Shown here in pieces: positions 24,392 to 36,300 of a DNA stretch of 64,000 bases. Position 1 is the stretch's first letter. Each line of letters starts with the position of its first letter. The DNA comes from Vicugna vicugna (Eukaryota). Below the pieces are notes generated by a model. It saw only the letters and a program-made list of their open reading frames with translations, was not told the origin of the DNA and did not search any database. The stretch covers positions 566,523 through 630,522 of the forward strand of contig MU058815.1 of NCBI GenBank assembly GCA_013265495.1, read 5' to 3'. The position numbers and the translations under genes are program-made.

Positions 24392-27300
24392 CTTACTTGG
24401 TAAAACATTTATTTGAACAGCCATTTGCTTTGGTTTTATTTTCTACAATTGAGAGACTGTTCTATCATAGTAAAAGCAAAATATTTTGCTTTAAGTGGAG
24501 CTGCCCTTCTTCAGCATCATGAAAGAATCCATAAAAACATTTCTGTAGTTGATGAAAAAACTGTCATTTCATACCAATCACTCCCCAGTTTGGGAATGTT
24601 CCCATGTGTTGCAGCGTGCTGCAAAGCCACTCCGGCGATGTGAAAGGCTGCTGTTGTCCAAACTGGAAAGAGTTGAGGTGACACATGTCCATGAGTTCAG
24701 AAATGTAGGAAGCAAAGTGAGGAGACATCATGGGAGGCTCCTGCAGACTTGCACTGGGACACTCGTGATCATCCTCCACTTTTGAGTCTCAGTGTACCTG
24801 CTTTAAGCCGTTTTCAGCTATTACACTTTTTTTTTCTCCATTAAGATTTCCTGGACATTTGCCTGTGAATCTGCAAACTAAGAATGTGTCACCCTTTTTT
24901 AAATACATGAATGTCTTAAATATTTTTCGTTGTGAGGTTATTAATAACATGAAAATTTAATAATAAAAAATCAGCTGTGGGATATTATATTTTCTTAACA
25001 AAAGCCATTTCTTAGGCAAATGAGTTAGTGGAGCTCCTGCATGTCTGAGTTCCCCTTTCCTTTTGTCCTGCAATTTTTTGGTTCGCCTTGGACTGGATCA
25101 GAGTCGGGTGAGCCTACACCAGCTGGTGGATATGCTGGAGGGGAGGGATTAGGGCACGAAGGGACTCAGGATAGGCAAACACAAGAAATAAATATTTGCC
25201 CAATAAATATTTGTGGGTCAACTTTTTTATGGGCAATAGGAGAAACAGTTAAAGAAAACTTGAGTACCCTTGCAACTTGAGAACCAAGAGAGATTTTAAC
25301 TCAAGAGGAGTGCAAGGAGGCACTGAATGTAGGCTAAATGATGTAGTGTGTTCAGGTGTTGGAGGCCCAGGGGTGGGTCCTTCAGCAAAGAAGTCCAGGC
25401 CAGAGCCCTGCTTACTACCGAACACCAGCGGATGGGGTTCTTCGGGTCCCAAAACTCTGATAGGTGGAAGTAGTGATAGATTGGACATTTTTTGAGAAGG
25501 AACCTAAAAGAGAAAGCCCCCGTATTATCACAATGCTTTATGAAACTAACTTTTTAACCTGGAGTTTTATTTTTACGATCATTTTTCCTCTGAGTGCTGC
25601 AGAGCAATAAAATCCTTGTGCAGTATTATGTGACATTTCTGAACACACTTCCTTATTTGACTGTTAGGCAATGTGTGTTAGCAATTTACAGCTGAAAAAT
25701 TCACACTCCTGGCAATGTCCATTGCTCAAGTTATGCTTGTTAGAGAAAGTCTGGATTTGTGCTTTTTCTTCTCTAATAGTTAAATAAAATTACGGCCATA
25801 CCTTAAGACTTCATTTTGCATGCTATATATTTAAGTTAGTACAATTGCCAAGTGATAACGTATGGAAGTTTAAAAAAATTCCTTTAAGGGAAGACACTTT
25901 GTAGTCAGGTGCTTTATTCTGTCTAAATAAGTAAAACCTTGATGCTATGATAAAAGTGTTAAGTATAATTAATATTTGTTTTATATCTGCCTATGTTCTT
26001 TTTATAGATAAGTTAAGAAATGCATACACTTGGTCCTCCATATCTGTGAGTTCTGCATCCGTGGATTCAACCACCCACAGATCAAAAATATTGTAAACAT
26101 TCCAGAAAGTTCCAAACAGGAAAACTTGAATTTGCCGCACACCAGGAACTATTTACATAGACTTTACATTGTATTTACAACTATTTACATAGTAGTTACA
26201 TTGCATTAGGTACAATTGGTAATCTAGAGATGATTTAAAGTATACAGGAAGATGTGTGTAGGTTGTATGCAAATACTGCATCATTTTATACTAAGAGCTT
26301 GAACATCAGAGGAATTTTGTATCTACGGGGGTGGGTGGGTACTGGAACCAATCCCCTGTGAATACTGAGGGATAACTGCGCTCGGTACCTGGGAGGAATA
26401 ATTTGAAATTGGTTCCTGGAGTGGGGAGAAACTAGCAGAGAAAAAGTCGCCATCATTGGCATGACCATACTGCTGAAATCCCCTTTTGGGGTTTCCAAAA
26501 CTGTTGCAGCTTTTATTTACATATAATACTATTAGGGAAAAGAAAGCAATGATTTGACATACAGGAGTTAATTCCTGAAAACTTACGTAATTTATTTATT
26601 CACTTTCATTATAAGTTTACCATAGCTTTGCTAAAACCTGTTGTTTCATTTGAGGTGCAGAATGCTTGGCTATATTAAATGTATTTAATATATAAAAATA
26701 AATATAAACATAGTTTGATTGAAATTTGTATAGCTGATGAATCAGATGATCCCCAAAAATATGGTCTGAGAACAATTTTAAAGAGACTAAGGCTAACAAA
26801 GGCATGAACGTTAGTTGCAATGTAGTTTAAAAAACGCTGTTGTCTTCCAGGTTTAATGCAGCCAGACCCAAGTTCGTCCTCCTTGGCACTGTTTAATACA
26901 ACCACCAACGCTGTGGCTCAGTGTGAAGTAAGTACCACGCTTCTTAAGTATGTTTTCCAGCCACTTCAGAAGTCAGTGATGTTCTCAAAACAGCATTTTC
27001 TTCCTGCACTAAGACTGTTTTAATATCATAATTCCATGTCAGAGGACTGAGGGCTTGAAATAAGCACATAGGAAAGAGACAGTTTTCATAGAAATTCAGG
27101 CTGCAAGTTCATTCAAGTTGTAAAGTCATCTGTATTAGAATTAAAATCACAAACAAAACATTTCACATTGTGAGCTATGACACACAGACAGCAAAGGGTA
27201 TAAAGCATCTCTAACCCACACTAGGGAGAAGACGGGACACATGGCTGATGCCGCAAAGCATGTCCTTCCCGTCGGCAGTAAGCCCTCCCTCTCTGCCGGG

Positions 27301-30300
27301 GGCGTCTGCTCCCCTGTGGCTCATGGTAACCATGTCCTTGCTTTTTGTTACATTTTCACACCCAGTATATGCGTCCCGAAACAAGAGGATTTCATTTTAG
27401 AATGCAGGTAAGTTTCTAAAATCATCCCATATACGTTCTTTTTGTCACAGCATTGAGTTTGTGAGTTTCACCCAGGTACAGCAATAAAATGTTCAACTGC
27501 CTTTCAGTATAACGATCCCTTATATGAATATACTGTAGTTTATTAACCCATTCTACTTCTGCAGAACCCGTGGCGTGTGTCTGACTCCTGTCAGTCAAAT
27601 AGGAACTGTAACAGCTATTTTAATAGAGGCATTGTATTTTATTTATTTATTTTAAACAGCTGTACTTAGGTGCAATTGTTATACAATTGATGTACACACT
27701 GAACGTCTACAATGTGATGAGTTTGGACATATGCATACACTCATGAAACCATCACCGTAATCAAGGTAGTAGGTAATTCCATTACCCCCAACAGTTTCAC
27801 TGTGTTTCTTTGTTGTTGTTGCCATTGTTAGAACACTTAGTAGAAGACAAACCCTCTGAATGAGTTTTTAAGTGCCCAACACGATACTGTTAGCTATTGG
27901 ATCTCTAGAATTTATTCTCGTTGCGTAACTGAAACTTGATGCTCATTGGCAGCCAGTTCCCCATTCCCCCCCCTCCCCCAGTCACTGGCAACCCCCATTC
28001 TACTCTCTGCTTCTGAGTTTGACTGTTTTAGAGTCTTCATAGAAGTGGAGTCATGCAATGTCCATCCTTCGGTGACAGGCTCACTTCACTAAGCATAATG
28101 TCCCCTGGGTTTGCTCATGTAGGGGAGACGTTGGAAAACAGAGCATCGGTCAAACAAACAGCGGAGGACTAAGAAGGCAAAAAGCAAACACTGAGGTAAC
28201 ACAGGTGGAAGTTGCAAGGAGCAGCTGTCACCTCTGGAGCCTGAGAAACAAAACGAAGGGGTTGGGGTTTCAGAACCTAGAAGCTTAGATGTCGGCGTTG
28301 GTTCACAGAGTGTAGAAGGGAACTGCAGATGAGAACCAACTGGCGCTTGCAGGGAGGGCTCTGCGGGCAATTACAGAGCCGTCGCGCCCTAGACAAGAGG
28401 AAACACCCAGGCTTTACGGAGATTATGAGCATGGCTCTGGGCTGATGCTAATTTTTGGGACCTAAAGCACCAGTAATGTCCACCAGTCAGCTCGGAGCTA
28501 CGTCAGACAGGTGATAAATGACATTTTGGGCTGGGACTGTCTCGCAGTGGACTCAGTGTGACCATGGATCTAACCTGCGGTTACTGAACACACAATGGGA
28601 ATAAACACACTAAAAAAGTGATATGATCCACGCATGATCTCTGCAGCCTGGGGAGTGAGGGAGGCCTACTATGGGAGGAAGAGCCAGGTGGAAGCCCTGA
28701 GGCCTTCTCTCTAGGATGGTCTGGTAGAATTCTAACCGACCTTTCAGGCCTTTGCCACCTGCTCTACATACCCTGTACGATCTCCTCGCCTTGAGTGTGG
28801 GCAGGACCAGTGAAGGTGACAGCATCTCATTCTAGTGATTAGATTACTAATCAGTTGACTGAGTTAATGAAAAGGGAAGCTATCTTAGGTGAGCCAGACA
28901 TAATCAGGTGAAGGCTCCATAAGAAGTCTGAGTATCAGAGAGATGCTGTTCAATTGACCTTGTGAGTTTTATAGCTGCAAGGAAATGAGTTCTGCTAATT
29001 GCCACATGAGCTGGAAAGAGGGCTCCAAGCCTTCAACGGGATGGCAAACTTTTTGACACCTTGATTTCAGCCATGAGCGACCTTGAGCAGAGTACCCCGC
29101 TGTGCCAGGCCCAGATTCCTGACATGCCTAACTGTCAGATAATCAACGAGTATTGTTTTAAGGTGCCAAGTGTGTGGTAAATTGTCACTCAGCTGTAGAA
29201 AACTAATGCAAACAGTAAAGCAAAAGCAATGCCAACGCCCTGGGGGCAGTTTGCAGCCGGTAGTGTGAAGATTTGAAAAATGCAGGGCTAGGTGTCTTTA
29301 TCAACCTTCCTTTAATGACCTGTTCGATCTGTGCAGAAGCACACAGATATTGGAGCATGCAGTTTATTGAAACTTCATCAAATGGGGAGTCTAATTGCAA
29401 CTATTATTCATATCTGGAATATATTTACTGGAGAAAATACAGAAACATTCTTTGAACTTTGTCTGAATTGTAACAGGAACGTGCATGGCTTGGACTGTGC
29501 TGACAGCAATGGCGTTCCTCGGAACGCTTCAAACATCACTCATAAGTGGTTTTCAGCATATTTCATCATTTTTGCCCGAAGGTGGAACAACTTCATAAAA
29601 CACACATCAAATCTGACCTTTTGTACACTCTTAGCTAGACAATGGGAATTCCCATGAAATACTGAACAAAGAATTCTTTTAAAAAACACTGTTAAATGGG
29701 GCCAGACCAGCGGACGCAGTGCCTGCGGTTGCAGCCACATGCTGGGCTCTGTAGCTTGGGGAGGCGGCCGCGGAGACACTCGGCCCTCACCCCCCACCCC
29801 CACCCGCGGGCCCAGGCGCTGGGCTCACCCAGCTCTGGGGCCAGCGGAGAGGGAAGCGGGGAACAGGGCGAGGCTGCAGGCCCGCGGGGCCTGGGGGCTG
29901 GGGGGGCGGGACCGGGAGCTGAGGGGCGGNNNNNNNNNNNNNNNNNNNNNNNNNNNNNNNNNNNNNNNNNNNNNNNNNNNNNNNNNNNNNNNNNNNNNNN
30001 NNNNNNNNNNNNNNNNNNNNNNNNNNNNNNNNNNNNNNNNNNNNNNNNNNNNNNNNNNNNNNNNNNGGAGGAGTGGGGAGGTGGGAGGGTGGGGGGAGTA
30101 GGGGGAGTGAGGGGGTGGGTGTTGGGGGGTGCGGCGGCTCCCCGCGCAGCTCCAGGGCCCTGGGCATCCCGGCAGGGCCTCGATGGCCACGGTGGCCACG
30201 GCGCCATCACCCGGAGCATCACCGCGCTGCGCGCCCTGCCGGAGGCCGGCGGCAGCGGGGCCTCCCCGCCCGGCCACTTCAAGGACCCCAAGCGGCTGTC

Positions 30301-33300
30301 CTGCAAAGACTGGGGCTTCTTCCTGCGCACCCACCCCGACGGCCGAGTGGACGGCGTGCGGGAGTAGAGCGGCCCTCACATCAAACTACAGCTTCCAGCA
30401 GAAGAGAGAGGGGTGGCGTCTATCAAGGAGCGTGTGCAAGCCTTGCTGTGAAGATCCCCGGCTTCTAAATGTGTTACAGACCAGAGTTTCTTTTTCGAAC
30501 CATTGGAATCTAGTAACTACAATACTCACCGGTCAAGGAAATTCTCCAGTTGGCATGTGGCACTGAAACGAACCGGGCGGTGCACACTTGGACCCAAACC
30601 AGGACCTGGGCAGAAAGTTACACTTTTTCTTCCAGTGTCTGCTAAGAGCTGATCTTAATGGCAGCCTCCGATCATTTCACGTGAAAGAAGAGGTATATTT
30701 AGAAAGTTGTTAATGAAAGGAGAAAAATGTGTACAGCTATCTGCTCAGTTTGGATAACTGGCCAGATAACCTTTGATAGTAAAATATTTAATCTTTGCCG
30801 TAATTTAAAAAATTCCTGGAAAATGTATAGATTTCCATTTTTTATACAGCATTTGCCGTTATCCAGTGAAGCTTACTTAGAGCTACACTCTTTTCATACG
30901 TTTGCTTCATTTGAAAAGAGATTTTTAAAATGTGCACACACAAGTTTTCTTCACGAAAGTCATAGACCTTAGAAAATTAAAGTCAGATATTTAATCCAAA
31001 TGTCCACTACTTATAAATATGAATTTAACACATTCCTGTCACAGTTTTGTAATTGTCTGGCAGTTCCTTGTGATAGAGTTTATGGAACAAGCCTGTGTAA
31101 ACTGCTGGAAGTTCTTCCATGGTCAAATCAATCTTGTCAAATCCTTCTGTGTACCCGCACAGCCGTCTTGACCAGGCCACTGAGATCCAGCGACTCACAC
31201 CGTAAGCATTCTTGCTGGCAAAAATTTATCGTCAATGAATATGGCTGTAAGCGGCAGATGAAACACATGTCTTGACTTCCCAAAAGCTCCAGGATTGGTG
31301 TGTTGTTGCCAAATACTCAGGAGGGACCTGAATTCTGATTTTATACCAATCTCTTAAAAAACTTCTTGAACTGCTGTACCTCCTAAAGAAAAAACAAAAA
31401 AACACCGAAAAGTTAGGACATTTTTAGAAATTTAAGCACCAAGATTTTCAGATAAAGTAGTTATTACCGAAGGGTTCAGAAGCAAAACTTTACCCTAGGA
31501 AAGTAGTTTCTGATATAACTCTTTGCCTTCTGGACATGATGAGATACCAAAGAATTTTCTTAGCACCGTGTGTTTGAGAAGCTTCTGAAGTCCTAGAGCA
31601 GATTCCTCTGTAACCATTCAGTCATGTCTTCTGGCTCTCCTGCCAGTGGGATCCCACCGTGGTAACTTTTGGCATTTTGTGTTTTGAGATTCCAGAGAAC
31701 TTAGATTCGCTCCTCCAACACTAAAAATGCCACCGTCCTTTATCTCATCAAAAGTTTTTAAAAACTTGCGAGTTTTAGAATTTTATAATACAGCAAGGGT
31801 CTTCACATTTTATAAGGTTGATTTTTTTTAATAATAGGCAAATTTCTGGGGCAGTATTTTTATTGCCATTAACATATTTTTTTGTAGTGCTTTTTCCAAA
31901 TATCCAGATGAACCTCCTACGTGGGACTTCTCTAACTCTGATGCTTCGTCACTGTCTCCCAGAATGTTTATGAGAAGCCCTTAAATTAAATACCCTTTAA
32001 TGCCTCTATTTCCTTGTCTGTCAAATTGTAAATTATATTTACCTTTTGAGTAGTCCTGCTGGTGAAGAACAGGCAAGGAAGATAAAGTGAGGGGAAAATG
32101 TCTCAAATCCTGTGTGCTCTGAAATAGACTATTTTACCAGTTCCCTGGATATGCTCTTGTTTACACCCACCAAGAAACAGCTCTGGAAATAGACACAGGA
32201 AGAGTGAAAAGAGTTTAAAAATGCAGACAAATGTCTTTTTTAAGTTATGTGCTGACTCCCCTCATAACTGAGATTTGCTATAAATTAAACATGGTTAGAA
32301 ATTACATTTTTAAACTATAAACATGAAATAATTTATATGTTAAGAAAAAGAAAACTTGCCTTAATAGGAAAAATAATTCTCAGTGGTATACATGTTTGTT
32401 ACGCAGTTTGTTACAGATTGTGGCACTGATCTTGAGTTTTACTTGTTATTTGTTGATCTGACTTAATCTAAATGCTTATTTTTATTTAACCGCTTTGAAA
32501 AGTTGACCATGGCAGGGTCTAGTTTAACTCCTAGTACTGCTAATCAAGAGTTTGGCCTATGGTTCCTGAGTCTAGCCGGTGGGTTATCGAAGCACAGAAT
32601 GGGGCTAGTGAGCAAATCCATCTTGCTCAGCAGTGACCACAGCCGTTGATTCAAAATCAGCGCGGCCTGGGTAGTTTGATCAGTTTAATCTGCATCATGG
32701 TACCACGGACTAGACCAACAAGTGAATGGGCGACGTAATGCTTCTGTCTCTAGAGGGGACCCTTCCCTCTCAAGATCGAAATCTGTTTTCCAAGGATTTT
32801 ACCGTAAATTTAAACTTTTTATCCAGTTGCAGTGCTTTATTCTCTTGTAACATCATTATTATTATTTTTCTTGTACCATTATTATTTTAATGTACTGGAA
32901 GGTAAATTGAAATAACATTTACTATTTTATAGGTTTGAAAAACACAGAAAAAATCGAGAGTTTTGTTTTTATTTTTGCTGGTTGGAAGATATGTTTAAAT
33001 ACATCCTAGTGCGTTTAAATGGAGTTTGTATTTGTTATTTCTCTTTTGTGATATTTAATAGGATTAGGTTGAAATAAAAGATAATAGGAAAAACTGTGGG
33101 AAAAAAAAAGTTGCTAAATGGAACCCAGTTGTATATAAAAAATATAATATAGCATGACCAGTTTGGTATGATCCCAGATATGTGAAGTTTGCCTCAAGAA
33201 AATGAATCAGCATAACATACTAACAGATTAAAAAATAAAAAACATATAACTTCAATAAAAGCATGAGAACATCTGATAAAATTCAAAAGCCTTTTATGGT

Positions 33301-36300
33301 ACAAAACCAAAAGCAAAGCCCCTCTTCCCAAGCCGGAAATAGAACTTTCTTAATCTGATGGAAGGTACTGGAAACAAAATCCATAGCAAACAGTGTAATT
33401 AATGGTGAAATACTGAAAATTCTCCATTTTTATGTCTACGAACAAGACAAATAGGCCTACTATGACTATTTCTATTCAAGATGAAATGGAGGGCCTTTTC
33501 AAATGATTATTAGAATTAACAGAGTTTAGCAAGGTGCTTGACTATTATGTCAATACACAAAAATCAGTATACAGAGTATATCGTATATGCAAAATACATT
33601 GACTACAATGTCAATACATAGAAATAAATATATATCATGTCAATGAACTGTAACCAAATGCATTTCTATATGCCAAGAAGAAATAGTAGGTAATTACCTT
33701 TTTAAACAAAACACCATTTACAATAGCATAACAAATCAAGTATTTAGAAATAAAACTAACAATAGCTAAATGAATTCTCTAGGAAGAAATATTATAAAAT
33801 TTAAAGAGGGACATTTGAAAAGGCCTAAATTAAATAGGGAGTAACACTCAAATTCCAGATGAAAGGCTCAATATTATAAATGTATTAATTCTCCCTTAAC
33901 TGATAGTATATCAGTTCAATCAAGATTCCATCAAGATTGAAGACTCGATACAATATATCAAGATTCAATATAATCTCAATAAAAATACTAATTTTTTTCA
34001 TGGAATTTGCAATTTATAGGAAAATGCAGAAGGCCAAGAAACTAAAAATGCTTTTGAAGAACAAATTATTCCATCCCATTTCCTCAACAGCTTTGTCATT
34101 CTTTTAATGGCTGTGCCCTGCCCCCGTCCTCCTGTCTCCATGGTATGCCACACAGGATGGAGTGATGAATGAGAAACAGCACGCGCTGAAGAGAGTCGCT
34201 CAGAGGTGCAGGCAGGAGCAGCTGCACCTGCTTCTGTAGTGTCGTGGCCACCGTCTTGCATTTTGACACTCTTCTGACAAAAATCCTAAAATTATAGTTT
34301 TGCCACCCATTATTTTTTTTAACATTTTTTATTGATTTATAATCATTTTACAATGTTGTGTCAAATTCCAGTGTTCAGCACAATTTTTCAGTCATTCATG
34401 GACATATACACACTCATTGTCACATTTTTTTCTCTGTGATTTATCATAACATTTTGTGTGTATTTCCCTGTGCTATACAGTGTTTGCCACCCATTATTAA
34501 GAAACACAGTAATGTTCATGACTTCCATCGAGAGTCCTGAATTCTATACAGTGATGGCTTGAATTTTTGTTTCCCCAAACTTGTTTTTCTAGGCTGATCC
34601 AGTGGAGAATGTATTTGAACAGGATCTTAAGATCAAGTTTTACATCGGTTCCGGGTCCACATCTCCGTCCTCACACAGTGGAGACGAAGCCGACCCGGTT
34701 AAGGTGCCTCCGTGGGGTAGTTTTGCCTTCGAACTTTCCACCTGCAAAGAGAGAATGACTCCTATCAGAAATAGTGCTGTTTCTCTCCTAAGCGATATGT
34801 CGTTTAGTTCAGGGACAGTCTGTAGAGAGTATCGGGTTTGCCTGATAACACAGCAAAATTTGAAACTCAAATGAGAAAACTGTACCTGAAACTTAGTGAA
34901 AGAAGACAAAATTCTACCAAATTCTTGAACAAAGAACTTAATGATGGGCTCCTACGATGAAGTGAGGATTTAAAAGAGCAGAGAGCACATTTCAGAGAAT
35001 TATGTAATGGTCAGTAAAACCGGTGGTGCAAAGCATGAGGGGACGTGGTCTGGCAAGGACAACTCCCTTGCTGTTTACATTGCTTTAGTTAATATTAAAG
35101 AGTCATGCTGTCACAGGAACATTTTACGTAATCATCATAACATCAAGGCTGGTATTAGATACAATTAGTAAGATATTAAAATACATTTGTGACCGCACTT
35201 ACTAAAATTAGAGGTAACTTCATACCTCCTACATAATGGTACATGAAATAACTCTTCATTGGCCCTTCATGTTAATCAGAGGGCGTGACACTCTGCAAAA
35301 GGAAATATTTCCTCCAGAGGTCAAAGGGTTTAGCGTCACCCAGACCGTATTCTCCCTCTTCAAAGCTACTCTTCCCTTCCTTCTTTGCATCTCACTCACC
35401 ATGAAGCATCTGGGCAGCGCAAGCTTTGTTGCCCAGTTTGGAATCCTGGGGACGGGCAGAGAGTTCTCATGAGGGTGTGCAGTTTGGTTTGGAAAACTTC
35501 CGTGTAGTTTATAGCCAGGCCAGACCTTGTTTTCAAATTCTGCTCAGCACCTCTAACATTTTGATAACTTTATTTTATCTTATTGTTTTCAAACTTTAAT
35601 ATTAATTTAAAATTGTCATTTCCATCACACAGGAAGGTATAAGAAATAGTCTACCACAAACCTAAACACCTACTACACACAAATTTAGCAAACCAGTTGT
35701 CATTTTTGTTTCTGACCTGGTGTGCATTCTTCTTGTCCACCTTTTCATACTTTGCACTTTAGACATGTATCCTTCAAGCTCACAGGATTGCTTGGTCTGC
35801 TTAAAATACACAATATTAAATACACAAATATTATCCCTATTGCTTTACAACTTTTTTTTTACGCTGTTTATGTCAAGACCATTCATTCATTTTTAACTGC
35901 TGTGTAGTATTCCAGTGTATAAATATACTTAGGTTCACATAACCATGCTCCTTTTGATGAATTAATGCCTTTTTTCCACATTATAAAAACTTCTCTATTA
36001 TAATGAGCCTGTTGGGACCTGCTTGCCTATATACACATGGGAGAATCTGTTAGCTATTGGCTAGTAGAAATGCATATTGTCAATGTAAGATTTTGCCAAC
36101 TGAATTGTTTAATTTTTTTGAAGCAATCATAAATTTTACAGAAATATTTCAAGCACAGTATAAATTTACTTTTGCTGCACTATTCGAAAGTTGCCATTTG
36201 ATTTTCCATCACCTTGAATAATGCTTTCTCTTGTACTTCTTACGAATAAGAATGTTCACCTACATCATGTATACACACACACACACACACAAAATAACCA

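Larger units (their letters stand above)
29700..33102 (+). pseudogene. FGF2: FGF2 processed pseudogene (5' leader, CDS and ~2.4 kb of 3'UTR) inside an intron of the CDC42BPA-like gene
   Basis: Starts with FGF2 leader sequence (gccagaccagcggacgcagtgcctgcggttgca). The intronless CDS at ~30212-30652 reads [50 protein letters not shown]...HIKLQL.AEERGV...SKCVTD...LES.NYNT.RSRK.SSW.VALKRTG...LFLPVSAKS*. It has a premature TAG at 30365-30367, a deletion/frameshift near 30430-30460, and an out-of-frame ATG. AATAAA is at 33073-33078 with an A-run. Degenerate TSD aaaaaacactgttaaatgg (29681-29699) / aaaaaaagttgctaaatgg (33103-33121). Confidence 0.95.

Noticed and set aside
29696..30652. Functional FGF2 retrogene
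   Set aside because: Premature TAG at 30365, a downstream deletion/frameshift, and an out-of-frame ATG.
34091..34142. Exon-like segment (caacag|...CATG|gtatgc) as another MRCK alternative exon
   Set aside because: 52 nt is frame-shifting, and there is no convincing match to known MRCKa cassette exons.
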